From Myxococcota bacterium (GTDB lineage Bacteria; Myxococcota_A; UBA796; CAJQPC01): a DNA stretch of 64,000 nucleotides. The position numbers were made by a program, and so were the translations under genes. The notes beneath the pieces were generated by a model. It did not search any database and was not told the DNA's origin. It saw only the letters and a list, made by a program, of their open reading frames with translations. The stretch is from NCBI GenBank assembly GCA_036012755.1, contig DASCPX010000198.1, positions 1-64,000 on the forward strand. Direction: 5' to 3'. Of this stretch, positions 28,787 through 39,190 are shown piece after piece (positions within the stretch are counted from its first letter, which is position 1; every line of letters starts with the position of its first letter).

Positions 28787-29164
28787 TCAGAGCTCCGTCC
28801 AGATGTCGTAGAGCCAGAGGATCGTGAGGCTCTGCAGCCTGGCGATCTCCTCGAGGGGCTCGTCCCTCGTCTGCGGCGGGGTGACCCGGATGCTGTCGAC
28901 GGTCGCCGAGCCTTCGGTGCAGGCGCTGTATTCGATGTCGAGGTCCCAGCCCTTGTCCATGGCCTCGACCATGAGCGCCTGCTGTCCGTCGGCGGTGAAG
29001 ACGGCGTTGCTGCCGTCGCTGCGCAGCAGCGTGTACCGGGTCGTGCCGTTGGAGTAGGTCTCGGCGTGCCAGATGGTGCCGCGGTCGGAGGTGACGTAGC
29101 AGTTGACCCAGTCGATGGTGTCAGCGGCCTGGGCGGCGTTCAGGGTGGCGAGCAGGGTGAGCAT
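28787..29164 (-). CDS. Hypothetical secreted protein
   Basis: MLTLLATLNAAQAA signal; GAGGA upstream; GC3-rich frame. Confidence 0.7.
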   Translation of the reverse strand: MLTLLATLNAAQAADTIDWVNCYVTSDRGTIWHAETYSNGTTRYTLLRSDGSNAVFTADGQQALMVEAMDKGWDLDIEYSACTEGSATVDSIRVTPPQTRDEPLEEIARLQSLTILWLYDIWTEL

Positions 29165-29261
29165 CGTTGGTGTCCTCGGGAGGGGTTCGTCCCGTGGAGG
29201 GAGGGGCGTCCCCGTCCCCGATCCGTGCTCGAGCCATCGAGAACGAGCATCGAGCATCGAG

Positions 29262-30107
29262 TCAGTGGAGCGTCGTCTCCCCTGTCTCCTTCCCGCCATT
29301 GAGATCCAGATCCCGGTACTGCCGGTCCGGTGTGCGCACATCGCGCTCCACGAAGGCCAGCTTCACGCGCTCCGTGACGTCACTGGCGAAGGCCTTCTCG
29401 TAGCGGGCGTCGAAGACATAGGCCTTCACACGGATGGCCGTCACGAAGCGCTCGCCCAGGAACTGGTCTGACACCAACGTCACCAGGGGCTTGTCGAGGA
29501 AGACATAGCGAGAGGTCGCGGTGGCCTCTTCCACCAGCGCGCGGGCCAGGGCGAAGTCCTCTGCGGCGCCGATGTAGAAGTCGATGACGACCATGCAGTC
29601 GAGGTCCCCGGCGTTGGCGCTGGCGCTGGCCTCTGACAGGAACTTGCTGTTGGGGATGGTCACGAGGTTGTCGTCGAGGGTGACCATGCGCACCGAGCGC
29701 AGGCCGATCTCCGTGATCTCCCCGTAGTACTCGCCGAAGCGGACCCGGTCGCCGACCTGGAAGGGCTCGTCGATGAGCAGGATGACCCCGGCCATCAAGG
29801 AGGCGAGCAGGTCCTTGAAGGCGAAGCCGACCGCCAGTCCGATCGTGCCGAGGACGGCGAAGAGCGCCTCGGACTCCAGGACCAGGACGCTGGAAGCGGT
29901 GATGGCGAAGGTGCCGACGTAGATGAGGAAGCGCGACAGCGCCGAGACCTTCTTGAGGGCCAGGCGTCGACCCGGCAGGCGCTCGCCGAGGTCGTCGAGG
30001 AAGCCGCTGAGCAACCTCGCGCCGACCAGTCCGGCGACCAGCACCAACAGGGCGACCGGGAGGTGCTCCAGATCGATGAACTGTAGGAGATCCTGTGGGT
30101 TTTCCAC
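29262..30107 (-). CDS. mscS: MscS small-conductance mechanosensitive channel
   Basis: GLAVGFAFKDL, PFQVGDRV, GEITEIGLRS, VTIPNS. Confidence 0.93.
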   Translation of the reverse strand: MENPQDLLQFIDLEHLPVALLVLVAGLVGARLLSGFLDDLGERLPGRRLALKKVSALSRFLIYVGTFAITASSVLVLESEALFAVLGTIGLAVGFAFKDLLASLMAGVILLIDEPFQVGDRVRFGEYYGEITEIGLRSVRMVTLDDNLVTIPNSKFLSEASASANAGDLDCMVVIDFYIGAAEDFALARALVEEATATSRYVFLDKPLVTLVSDQFLGERFVTAIRVKAYVFDARYEKAFASDVTERVKLAFVERDVRTPDRQYRDLDLNGGKETGETTLH

Positions 30108-30108
30108 G

Positions 30109-33100
30109 TCAGCGCCACTCCAACAGGTTCTTGTGGACCAGCGTGCGGGTCACGCACGGGAGCTGGCGCAGCGGGACCTCCCAGTTCTCGAGGTGGCCTC
30201 GGGCCACGAGGCCCTTCGCGGCCAGCACCTGCAGGGAGGAGCGGACCGCCGCAGCCGAGACGTTGTTGACCTTCGCCAGCTCCGGCTCGCTGAGGGCCTC
30301 TTGCATCCTGAGCGCCGCCAGCGTGAACAGCTCGGGTTCGGCCAGATCGTCGGCCCGTGTCTCCTGCACCGCGGCTCCCAGCCGCACCTGGAGGGTCTTG
30401 TCCGTCGTTGGGGACAGGGACTCGCTCCAGAGCTGGAGTGCCACCGCCGGGTTGCCGTAGCTGGCCTCGCCGAGCACCCGGTAGAAGGCCCGCGTCGCGC
30501 GCTCGAGCTCCCCCTCGACGTCACCGGAGAGCGCCCCGCGACGGACCAGCCCACCGAAGTCGAGCTCGTATCCAGCTGCATCGGTGCGGTCCTGGGTGAG
30601 CTTCTGGAGCGCGGACTCTTCCAGCGGCGGGAGCTCCACGATGTCTCGGATGAGGTGGATCTTGAGCAGGCGGTCCAGTCGGGAGAGGTAGGCCCACGAG
30701 GGCTTGTGGAAGCAGGCCAGCCAGAAGTGCCTGGAGCTCTCTCCGATCACGTCGAGCAGCGCGCGCATCGCCTCGAAGCCCCCGACGGTGCGGAGGAAGG
30801 CGTAGTGGCATCGGTCGATGACGATGACCGTCGGCGGCCGCTTGGCGAGCCTCTCGCAGACCCCCGCCACGTCCTTGCTCGGCTCCAGTCCGAGGCTGCG
30901 AGAGAGCCACAGGCAGAGCGGCTCCTCGCCCGTGACGCGGTGGTCGAGTGACAGGCGCGCGATGCCGTAGCCCTTGTCCGCGAGCTTCTGCGTCTTGAGG
31001 TCCAGCCAGGTCCGCCGGCCTCCTCCGCGGTCGGTCACCAGCGCCATGACCCCGGTCTCCCCGTGGTCCTTCCAGCGGAGGACTGCCGCCCAGAAGGTCT
31101 CGTCAGTCTCTGGGTGATCGATGATCCAGTCGGCCTCGACGGTGCCGGTCTCGATGGCCGCCGCGACGTCCTTTGGCAGTGGCCGGTGCTCGACGGACTC
31201 CTCCTCCTCGCTGAGGCGGTAGCGGTAGAAGATGTTCAAGAGCCGCCCCAGGGCCGAGCGCTCCGAGACCTGGGACTGGGCGAAGCGCCACGTGGCGCCG
31301 ACACCCAGGAGCATCGTCGCCACCAGGGCCCGCAGCCAGCGCGTCGCCGCCGAGGGCTCGCTCATCAGCCAGGCCGCCAGCGGGTTGTCGGCTCCCTGGC
31401 GACCGATGCGGGCCCGCAGCTCGGGCTCCCAGAGGTGCAGCAGGCGGACGATGAGCACCACCAGCACGACCGCGAGGCCGCGCATCGTCAACTCGTGCAA
31501 AGCGTCGGCGCCGACGAGGTCCAGCCAGACATGGTCGAGGAACTGGCGAGCGACCACCCAGAAGACCAGCCAGCGGACCGTCTTCTCGCCCAGGGCATAG
31601 ACGCCCGGCGTCACGAAGAACAGCGCCGGGCGGCTCTCTGCGAAGCGGGCGACCAGCAGCGCGTAGGCCCCGCTCAAGAGGCGATAGGCCGCGACCTGCC
31701 CGTAGACGAGCAACACGATGCCGGCCTCTGGGAAGAGCTCCATGGCCGGCTCGAAGAGCAGCCAGACGCCAAGGACATCCAGCGCCGCGCGGACCTCTGG
31801 CGTCGCGGGGTGGACCAGCTTGTCGAGCTGCTCGCGGCGACGGCGGCTCTCCCGACCCGTACCGGCCCAGCGCCGGACGACGGCGCGAACGAGGAGCTCG
31901 GCTCGACTCCTCAGCGCCCACCAGAGCAGCCCGACGAGGCCCAGGCCGACCACCCCGCGCATCAAGGCCATCGCTGCTCCGACAGAGGGCCAGACGAGCA
32001 GCTCGGCCAGGCGGTGCTTGCCCAGGGTCCACACGTTCGGCGCCAGCAGGCGGGTCTCCGTGAGGGCCTCTTCGATGACCTCTTCCTCGGCCAGCCAGAT
32101 GGCCCGAGGCACGTCGGACTTGAGCTCACGGCGAAGCTGCTTCGCCTCCGACAACAGCGCCAGGATCGCGGCGTCGTGTGCCTCCGCGCCGGCCACCCGG
32201 CGGTCCATGTCCTGACGCTCGGCCAGGAGTGTCTGCTCGCGTCGGTCCAGGGCCTCGACCACCCCCTCGTCGGTGACGCCCTCCGTGCGCGCGCTGTCCG
32301 CGGCGAGCAGGGCCTCGCTTGCCGAGATCTCCGCTCGGCGCTCCCGAGCCCAGTCGTCGACCTTCAGCGATGGGCGGGCGAAGGCGGCGTCGCGCAGCTC
32401 GAGGACGAGGTCCCGCGTCTGACGCCATGCGTCGATGGCGTCGCTCTCTCGCGAGGCATCCAGCGACGGCCTGGTCGCGAGGTCCGCCCGGATCGCCTGC
32501 AGGTCCGCCAGGCGGCGGCGATAGGAGCTCTCCTTGTCCGCGAAGACGAGCCCCTCGGCGTCGACCTCGCCCCGGATTCGTGTGGCTCTCGTGACCTCTT
32601 CGTAGGTGGCCTCTACGACCTCGGCGATGGCGGTGTTGTGACCCCCTTCGGCGGCGACGGCGGCCGCGCGCGCTGCCTCCACCTCGAGGTCGACGGTGAC
32701 GCCGTCCTCGAGACGGGCGAGCTCCACCGCCACCTCTTCCCGGAGCTCTCCGAGCTCTGCCACCGAGCGCTCCAGCCAGGCGAGCTCGGCCTCCCAGTGC
32801 GCCACCTCGAGGCGATGCTCGAGTGCGGCAAGCTCGCTGTCGATCGAGTCCAGGTCCCGCGCCACTGCAGGTGGCTCGACCGATGCCAACCACGGCTCGA
32901 GCGCCTCGTCGATCTGCGAGCTGTCATCTACCAGATCGCGTATGAGGAGCAGGCGCTCCGCGGCGTGGGCGGCGACCTCCGGATCCTGAAGCCGCTCCAG
33001 GTCCCGCTCCGCCGACAGGGTCGCCGACGGGACCGCGGCGGCCGCCACGATCTCCCTCAGGGTCTCCCGCAGGTAGCGGCGCTCTTCGTCGATCGCGGCG

Positions 33101-33597
33101 ATGGCGAGGCCGTCTTCCGGGTCTGCCTCGGCGCGGGCCTCGTCGTACTCGGCCACCAGCGGGGCGAGGTGGTCGGCGCTCAGCCTCGGGTTGTCCTCGA
33201 GCATCGATCGGATCGACAGGAGGAAGCGGCGCTCCAGGGCATCGGCGCCGTCCTCTGCGGACAGGGCCGCCTCACGGGTCGTCTCGAGCCGCTCGTCGTC
33301 GAGGGACTCCACGCGCTCGGCGGCGCGTCGGGCGCCCTCTGCGTCGAGCCTCGCGAGCTGCCCGGCCACCCAGCGCGCGTCGGGCATCGGCCCTCGGTCG
33401 GCCAGGTGGGGGAAGGCGCGATCGAGGTCGACCTCACCCCGGAAGGCGGCGCTCGCGGCCTCGAAGCGGGCGTCTGCTGCTTGCTTGCGCGCGCTCAGCG
33501 CAGGCAGATCCACCTGCTCGACGAGGCCGGCTCGGGCCTCGTCAGTGGGGGGCTCCGCGCGTCCCGGGAGCGTGGTCAGCAGCAGTCCGAGCAGCAT
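30109..33597 (-). CDS. Large membrane protein: signal peptide, coiled-coil region, multi-TM region, degenerate P-loop NTPase and wHTH-like tail
   Basis: MLLGLLLTTLPGRA; heptad-rich N-terminal half; TM block; MALVTDRGGGRRTW, VIVIDRCH, SYGNPAVALQLW. Confidence 0.8.
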   Translation of the reverse strand: MLLGLLLTTLPGRAEPPTDEARAGLVEQVDLPALSARKQAADARFEAASAAFRGEVDLDRAFPHLADRGPMPDARWVAGQLARLDAEGARRAAERVESLDDERLETTREAALSAEDGADALERRFLLSIRSMLEDNPRLSADHLAPLVAEYDEARAEADPEDGLAIAAIDEERRYLRETLREIVAAAAVPSATLSAERDLERLQDPEVAAHAAERLLLIRDLVDDSSQIDEALEPWLASVEPPAVARDLDSIDSELAALEHRLEVAHWEAELAWLERSVAELGELREEVAVELARLEDGVTVDLEVEAARAAAVAAEGGHNTAIAEVVEATYEEVTRATRIRGEVDAEGLVFADKESSYRRRLADLQAIRADLATRPSLDASRESDAIDAWRQTRDLVLELRDAAFARPSLKVDDWARERRAEISASEALLAADSARTEGVTDEGVVEALDRREQTLLAERQDMDRRVAGAEAHDAAILALLSEAKQLRRELKSDVPRAIWLAEEEVIEEALTETRLLAPNVWTLGKHRLAELLVWPSVGAAMALMRGVVGLGLVGLLWWALRSRAELLVRAVVRRWAGTGRESRRRREQLDKLVHPATPEVRAALDVLGVWLLFEPAMELFPEAGIVLLVYGQVAAYRLLSGAYALLVARFAESRPALFFVTPGVYALGEKTVRWLVFWVVARQFLDHVWLDLVGADALHELTMRGLAVVLVVLIVRLLHLWEPELRARIGRQGADNPLAAWLMSEPSAATRWLRALVATMLLGVGATWRFAQSQVSERSALGRLLNIFYRYRLSEEEESVEHRPLPKDVAAAIETGTVEADWIIDHPETDETFWAAVLRWKDHGETGVMALVTDRGGGRRTWLDLKTQKLADKGYGIARLSLDHRVTGEEPLCLWLSRSLGLEPSKDVAGVCERLAKRPPTVIVIDRCHYAFLRTVGGFEAMRALLDVIGESSRHFWLACFHKPSWAYLSRLDRLLKIHLIRDIVELPPLEESALQKLTQDRTDAAGYELDFGGLVRRGALSGDVEGELERATRAFYRVLGEASYGNPAVALQLWSESLSPTTDKTLQVRLGAAVQETRADDLAEPELFTLAALRMQEALSEPELAKVNNVSAAAVRSSLQVLAAKGLVARGHLENWEVPLRQLPCVTRTLVHKNLLEWR

Positions 33598-33633
33598 GGG
33601 ACGCCCGAGTCTACCGCGCGTTACTGCTTTGGG

Positions 33634-34480
33634 ATGAAGGAGGCGATGGTCGTCATCAAGGAGCTCCTGGTCAGGGAGCTCCTGCAGATCGGCGATTCTC
33701 CGCTCACGCTCGGGACGCTGGCACTCACCGTGCTCATCGTGGTGATCACCTTCTTCGTGTCCCGGTGGATTCGGGCTGGGAGCAAGCGCGCCTTCAACAA
33801 TGCGCGGCGTCCACGACGAGGGGACCATCGGTGTCACGAACCGGCTGCTCCACTACGTCGTGCTGCTCGTCGGCTTCTCGATCGCGCTCGAGACCGCCGG
33901 AATCCGCCTCTCGGGCCTCTTCGCCGCCGGCGCCGTCTTCGCCGTCGGGCTCGGCTTCGCGATGCAGACCATCGTCCAGAACTTCGTGTCTGGAGTCATC
34001 CTGCTCATCGAGCGCTCCATCCGTCCCGGCGACGTGCTGCAGATCGAGGACGACATCGTCAAGGTCCGCCGCATGTACATCCGGAGCACCGTGGTCGAGA
34101 CCCTCGACGACCTCGACATCATCGTGCCGAACTCGGACCTCGTGCAGAGCCGCGTCCGCAACCTGACCTACCTGGACAAGCGCTACCGGGTTCGCGCGAC
34201 GGTCGGTGCGCACTACCGGAGCGACATGGAGCAGGTCCGCGCGGTGGTCGAGCAGGCCGGCGCAGCGGTCCCCGGGCGACTGGACGACACCCCACCGCTG
34301 GTGCTGCTGCTGGACTTCGGCGACTCCAGCGTGGACTGGGAGGTCAGCGTCTGGACTGACGATCCCTGGCGCCAGCGCCACTTGCGCTCGGCGCTCAACG
34401 AGCAGATCTGGACGAGCTTGAAGGCTGCGAACATCACCATCGCCTTCCCCCAGCTCGACGTGCACGTGGTCACCGGCTGA
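33634..34480 (+). CDS. Second MscS family channel, with a +1 frameshift at about 33799
   Basis: TM1 lies in the frame from ATG 33634; GLGFAMQTIVQNFVSG, IRPGD, IIVPNS and IAFPQLDVH lie in the frame from 33800. Confidence 0.85.
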
Positions 34481-34515
34481 GGTCTGGCTCGGGGTTTCTG
34501 CGCTACCGTAGCGCC

Positions 34516-35193
34516 ATGTTCCTGAAGGTCGATCGCGACGGGCCGGTCACCACAATCCTGCTCGATCGGCCTCGGAAGGCGCACGCCTACCACCCCGCCA
34601 TGCTCGACGAGCTGGAAGCGGCGGTCGCTGGGTTGGAGACACCGGTCGTGGTCGTCGGCTCGACCGGTGAGGGCGCCTTCTGCGGTGGCGCCGATCTCGA
34701 CGCCCTGACCCTGGCGGATCCGCTGTCCCCGCTGGACCTCCAGTCCCAGCGCGTCTTCGATCGCCTCGCCCGAAGCCCGGCGATCAGCATCGGCGTCGTG
34801 CAGGGCGCGGCCATCGCCGGTGGCTGCGAGCTGGCCCTGGCCTGCGACGTTCGCGTCGTAGGACCGCGCGCTCGCTTCGCCTTGCCCGAGACCTCGCTGG
34901 GCATCATCCCGACCGCCGGGGGCTGTACGCGCTTGCCTCGGCTGGTGGGCATGGCCCGGGCAAAGCAGATGATCCTGCTCGGCTACAGCATCGACGCCCA
35001 GACCGCCGTCGACTGGGGCCTGGCCATCGAGCTGGTCGACGACCCCCTCGCCCGCGCCCAGACCATCGCCGCCGCCGCCGCTCAGCGGGACCCGGTGGCC
35101 TCCCGTCTCGCCAAGCAGGTCCTCGACGGCGTCGACGGCCTTGGAGCGGAGCGCATCGCCGAGGCCCTGCTGTACCACCGCAAGCAGGGATAG
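34516..35193 (+). CDS. Enoyl-CoA hydratase/isomerase (crotonase) family
   Basis: AFCGGADL, AGGCELALACD, FALPETSLGIIP. Confidence 0.92.
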   Translation: MFLKVDRDGPVTTILLDRPRKAHAYHPAMLDELEAAVAGLETPVVVVGSTGEGAFCGGADLDALTLADPLSPLDLQSQRVFDRLARSPAISIGVVQGAAIAGGCELALACDVRVVGPRARFALPETSLGIIPTAGGCTRLPRLVGMARAKQMILLGYSIDAQTAVDWGLAIELVDDPLARAQTIAAAAAQRDPVASRLAKQVLDGVDGLGAERIAEALLYHRKQG

Positions 35194-35200
35194 GGCGCCG

Positions 35201-35935
35201 TTGCCGCGCTCTTCCTTGCGCTTCGTGCTGCTCCAGGCTCGCAACCCGGGTGACCGCGTGCGCGAGGAGGAGCGAGCCCAGTTCGCGGCTCGGATGAAGG
35301 TCGACGTCGGGCAGATCGAGACGGTCTCGATGCTGGATGGCGAGTTCGACGAGCGCTGCCTCTCTCGCTGCGACATGCTGCTGGTCGGCGGCTCTGGCGA
35401 GTACTCCGTGCTCGATGATCACGAGGGGATCTGGGGAGCCAAGGTCTTCCTCGCCGAGATCGCCAGGACGGGCTTCCCGACCTTCGCCAGCTGCTTTGGC
35501 TACCAGCTCATGGTCGACGGCCTCGGGGGGCGGGTCGAGCACGACGTGGACCACGCAGAGGTCGGCAGCTTCCACCTCCAGCTCACCGAAGAGGGCCTGG
35601 CAGACCCGGTGTTCTGCACCCTCGGCCAGACCTTCACCGCCCAGCTCGGACACAAGGACCGGGCGGTGATCCTGCCGGACGAGGTAGTCAACCTCGCCTC
35701 TTCGGCGATCTGCCCGTACCAGGCCCTGAGGGTGCCGGGCAAGCCGGTCTATGCGGCGCAGTTCCACCCGGAGCTGGCCTGGCTGGACAACCGCGGGCGC
35801 TTCGAGCGCTACATGGACGACTACGGCAAGGTCTTCGGCATGGTCGAGGCCGAGCGCATGCTGCGAGAGGAGTTCTTCCCGAGCGAGAAGGCATCGGCCC
35901 TGCTCGATACCTTCCTGAAGGTCTTCTTCGAGTGA
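35201..35935 (+). CDS. Type 1 glutamine amidotransferase (GMP synthase-like)
   Basis: GGSG, SCFGYQL nucleophile elbow, QFHPE. Confidence 0.9.
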   Translation: MPRSSLRFVLLQARNPGDRVREEERAQFAARMKVDVGQIETVSMLDGEFDERCLSRCDMLLVGGSGEYSVLDDHEGIWGAKVFLAEIARTGFPTFASCFGYQLMVDGLGGRVEHDVDHAEVGSFHLQLTEEGLADPVFCTLGQTFTAQLGHKDRAVILPDEVVNLASSAICPYQALRVPGKPVYAAQFHPELAWLDNRGRFERYMDDYGKVFGMVEAERMLREEFFPSEKASALLDTFLKVFFE

Positions 35936-37371
35936 GCGGTGGCTGTGTCGCGGCAGGCTCCCCTCTGACCGTCCAGGCGGGGCTCCTCGCCTTCGAAGCA
36001 GGGGGCAACGCCGTCGACGCGGCGGTCGCCGCGAAGCTCATGGCCTGCGTCGCGGAGCCGCTGTTGACCGGCCTGGGTGGCGCCGGGATCTCTACGGTCA
36101 AGATCGGTGGAGACCTGCACGTCGTCGACTTCTTCACGGCGATGCCGGGGCGGGGCCACTCGGGCGCGGTCCCGGCGATGGAGACCGTGACGCTGGACTT
36201 CGGCCCCACCACCCAGGACTTCCACGTCGGCGCCGCCAGCGTCGCGGTGCCCGGCCAGCCCTTTGGCTTGTGGGAACTCCACCAGCGCTTCGGGCGCATT
36301 CCCTTCTCGATCCTTGCCGAACCAGCGATCTGCGCCTGCGCCGACGGGGTCCCGGTCACCCCCGGCTTCGAAGAGGTCGGGGGGCTCCTGTGGCCCATCC
36401 AGCTGTTGTCTCCAGAGGCGCGCGCTCTCTTTGGACAGAACGGCGGCGACCGCCCCCGGGCGGGCCAGAGCTTCTTCAACCCGGACCTCGGCCAGACCCT
36501 CCGCCTCTTCGCAACAGAGGGGCCTCGCGCCTTCCGGGACGGGGACCTCGGGACCGCCATCCTCCAGGCGCTGGGGGACGACACCTTGCTCACCCGCCGC
36601 GACCTGCTGGCCTACCAGGTGGCGGTCCGACCAGCCCACACGACAAAGCGGCATGGCTCACGGATCGGCGTGCCGGGGCTGCCGAGCCACGGCGGGCTCT
36701 CGGTCGCGGACGCTGTGGAGCTCCTCGATATGCGCCTCCCGGAGCCCTTCACCGCCGACCACGTCCGAGCGATGGCCCGAGCGATGGATAGGGCGACCGT
36801 CCCGATGGGAGCTGGCCACACGACACACGTCTCGGCGGTAGACGAGCGAGGAGACGCCTGCGCGATCACCTCTTCCTTGGGAGAGACGGCGGGTGTCGTC
36901 CCGCCCGGGACCGGGCTTCGCGTCAACAACTTCCTCGGCGAGGACGACGTCAACCCGCGCCACCGGGACTTCATCCCCGGCGAGCGCATGGTCACGATGA
37001 TGACGCCGACGGTCCTGGCTTCTGAGGACGCTGTCTGGGCCTTCGGCTCCGGAGGCTGCTCCCGCATCAGGAGCGCAGTGCTCCACGCGATCGTCCACCT
37101 GCTCGACCACGACCTGCCCCCGGAGCGGGCCGCCAACGGGCCGCGCTGCCACATGGAGGCCGGGTTGCTCCGGGTCGAGGTCTACGACCGCGCCGAGCCC
37201 GACTTCGCAGAGCAGTTCGCGGACGACATCCGCTTCGACGCCCCCAACATGTTCTTCGGCGGTGTCCACATCGCCGGTCGCCAGCGCGGCTCCTTCGAGG
37301 GCTCGGGAGATCGCCGCCGCAGCGGGGAGTTCGGGGCCACCGGACGCAAGGAGTCGGGCCCGGAGGGATAA
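35932..37371 (+). CDS. ggt: Gamma-glutamyltransferase
   Basis: GGNAVDAAVA, GLGGAG, HTTHVS (Thr nucleophile), NNFLGE, GSGG. Confidence 0.9.
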   Translation: MSGGCVAAGSPLTVQAGLLAFEAGGNAVDAAVAAKLMACVAEPLLTGLGGAGISTVKIGGDLHVVDFFTAMPGRGHSGAVPAMETVTLDFGPTTQDFHVGAASVAVPGQPFGLWELHQRFGRIPFSILAEPAICACADGVPVTPGFEEVGGLLWPIQLLSPEARALFGQNGGDRPRAGQSFFNPDLGQTLRLFATEGPRAFRDGDLGTAILQALGDDTLLTRRDLLAYQVAVRPAHTTKRHGSRIGVPGLPSHGGLSVADAVELLDMRLPEPFTADHVRAMARAMDRATVPMGAGHTTHVSAVDERGDACAITSSLGETAGVVPPGTGLRVNNFLGEDDVNPRHRDFIPGERMVTMMTPTVLASEDAVWAFGSGGCSRIRSAVLHAIVHLLDHDLPPERAANGPRCHMEAGLLRVEVYDRAEPDFAEQFADDIRFDAPNMFFGGVHIAGRQRGSFEGSGDRRRSGEFGATGRKESGPEG

Positions 37372-37380
37372 TCCCTGCGC

Positions 37381-38439
37381 ATGCTCGAGACGCGCCCGCG
37401 CCTGATCTCCGTCGGCACCGCCCATCCGCCCGACGGCTACTCCCAGGAAGACCTCGTCGCTCGCTACGACGTGCCCGACCCGCGCATCCGCAACCTCTTC
37501 CGCTCCGCCCACATCCGCAATCGCTACCTCTACCTGCCAGAGGCCAACGAGCAGGGCATGCCAGAGGAGACCCAGGGCGCGCTCCTCGCCAAGCACCTGC
37601 GCGGGGCCATGGAGATCGGCCCGAAGGCGGTGAAGCGCTGCCTCGAGCCGATGGGACTCACGGTCCGGGACATCGACTACCTCCTCTGCATCACGACCAC
37701 GGGCTTCCTCGCCCCTGGGCTCTCGGCCCACCTGATGAAGGAGATGGGCTTTCGCGAAGACTGCTCCCGCGCCGACATCGTCGGCATGGGCTGCAACGCC
37801 GGGCTCAACGGGCTCAACCCGGTCGCCTCCTGGGCCATCGCCAACCCGGGCCGAAACGCACTGATGGTTTGCATGGAGGTCTGCTCCGCGACCTACGTCT
37901 TCGACGGCACGATGCGCACCGCCATCGTGAACTCGCTCTTCGGCGACGGCTCGGCGGCCGTGCTCGTGCGTGTCGACCCCCGGGACGACTCTCGCTTCGC
38001 CGGCAGGGTCCTGGGCTTCAACTCACAGATCATCCCGCCTGCCATCGGTGCCATGCGCTACGACTGGGACGAGGAGCAGGGGAAGTTCAGCTTCTTCCTG
38101 GACCGCGACATCCCCTATGTCGTGGGGGCAAACGCGGAGAAGCCGGTTGACAGGCTCCTCGACGCCCACGGCTTGAAGAGGCGCGACATCAGCCACTGGA
38201 TCGTGCATTCGGGCGGCAAGAAGGTCATCGACGCCATCAAGTACAACATCGGCATCACCGAGTACGACGTGCGCCACACCACCTCGGTGCTGCGCGACTT
38301 CGGCAACATCAGCTCCGGCTCCTTCCTCTTCAGCTACCAGCGGCTGTTGAACGAGGGGCTCGTCCGCCGCGGCGACTACGGAGTGCTCATGACCATGGGC
38401 CCGGGCTCGACCATCGAGACCGCCCTGGTCCGCTGGTAG
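37381..38439 (+). CDS. dpgA: Type III PKS, 3,5-dihydroxyphenylacetyl-CoA synthase-like
   Basis: VGMGCNAGLN, DGTMRTAIVNSLFGDG, HSGGKKVID, FGNISSGSFLFSY, MGPGSTIE. Confidence 0.9.
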   Translation: MLETRPRLISVGTAHPPDGYSQEDLVARYDVPDPRIRNLFRSAHIRNRYLYLPEANEQGMPEETQGALLAKHLRGAMEIGPKAVKRCLEPMGLTVRDIDYLLCITTTGFLAPGLSAHLMKEMGFREDCSRADIVGMGCNAGLNGLNPVASWAIANPGRNALMVCMEVCSATYVFDGTMRTAIVNSLFGDGSAAVLVRVDPRDDSRFAGRVLGFNSQIIPPAIGAMRYDWDEEQGKFSFFLDRDIPYVVGANAEKPVDRLLDAHGLKRRDISHWIVHSGGKKVIDAIKYNIGITEYDVRHTTSVLRDFGNISSGSFLFSYQRLLNEGLVRRGDYGVLMTMGPGSTIETALVRW

Positions 38440-38448
38440 GAGACGACA

Positions 38449-39189
38449 TTGGGCTACGAGACCCTGTCCTTCGACGAGTCCGACGGCATCGCCACGGTCA
38501 CCCTCGCCAGAGGTGGCGGCAACCGCATCTCGATGCGCATGGTCCGGGAGCTGACCGCCGTCTGCAACCACCTCGAGGACGACAGCGACGCCCGGGTCGT
38601 CGCCTTCCGCGGCGCCAACGGCACCTTCTCAGAGGGCATGGACTTCGAGGACTTCGATCCCAAGGCGGTCCTCGACATCCACGGCTTCAACAAGTGGGAG
38701 AAGTGCTGCACCCGCCTGGAGCGCCTGCCAAAGGCCACCGTCGCCCTGGTCGACGGACCGGCTGTCGGCGGCGGCTTCCAGATCGCCTTGGCGTGCGACC
38801 TGCGCATCGCGACCTCGCGAGCGACCTTCCAGCTCCCCGAGACCCACCTCGGCTTCCTCCCCGGCATGGCCACCTTCCGGCTCGCCAAGTACGTCGGGCT
38901 CGGTCACGCCAAGCGCATCATGCTCACGGCCGAGGTCGTCGAGGCCAGCTCCGCAGCCAGCCTCGGCATCGTCGATCGCCTCGACGACGACCTCGACGCA
39001 GGCCTCGCCTGGGCGATCGAGGCCTTGGGCCCCAACCACAGCGTCGCAGTCGAGCTGACCCGCCGGCTGCTCAACGAGAGCTTCCACACCGCCTACGAGA
39101 ACGCCATCGGCCACTTCCTCGCCGCACAGCACCGGGCGATCTCCCAGACCGCCTTCCTCGACACGCTGAAGAAGCAGCGCGGAGACTGA
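38449..39189 (+). CDS. dpgB: DpgB-like enoyl-CoA hydratase
   Basis: IHGFNKWEK..RLERL and LPGMATFRL; directly follows dpgA; TTG start with AGGAG. Confidence 0.75.
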   Translation: MGYETLSFDESDGIATVTLARGGGNRISMRMVRELTAVCNHLEDDSDARVVAFRGANGTFSEGMDFEDFDPKAVLDIHGFNKWEKCCTRLERLPKATVALVDGPAVGGGFQIALACDLRIATSRATFQLPETHLGFLPGMATFRLAKYVGLGHAKRIMLTAEVVEASSAASLGIVDRLDDDLDAGLAWAIEALGPNHSVAVELTRRLLNESFHTAYENAIGHFLAAQHRAISQTAFLDTLKKQRGD

Positions 39190-39190
39190 G

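Noticed and set aside
31063..34359. 1098-aa plus-strand ORF and other long Arg/Pro/Gly-rich or antisense ORFs (e.g. 19401-21701, 46817-48439)
   Set aside because: These are shadow frames of real genes in high-GC DNA. Only 33634-33798 of this ORF looks coding (MscS TM1).
37381..39189. Glycopeptide antibiotic cluster
   Set aside because: The window has no NRPS, Oxy P450s, dpgC, hpgT or resistance genes.
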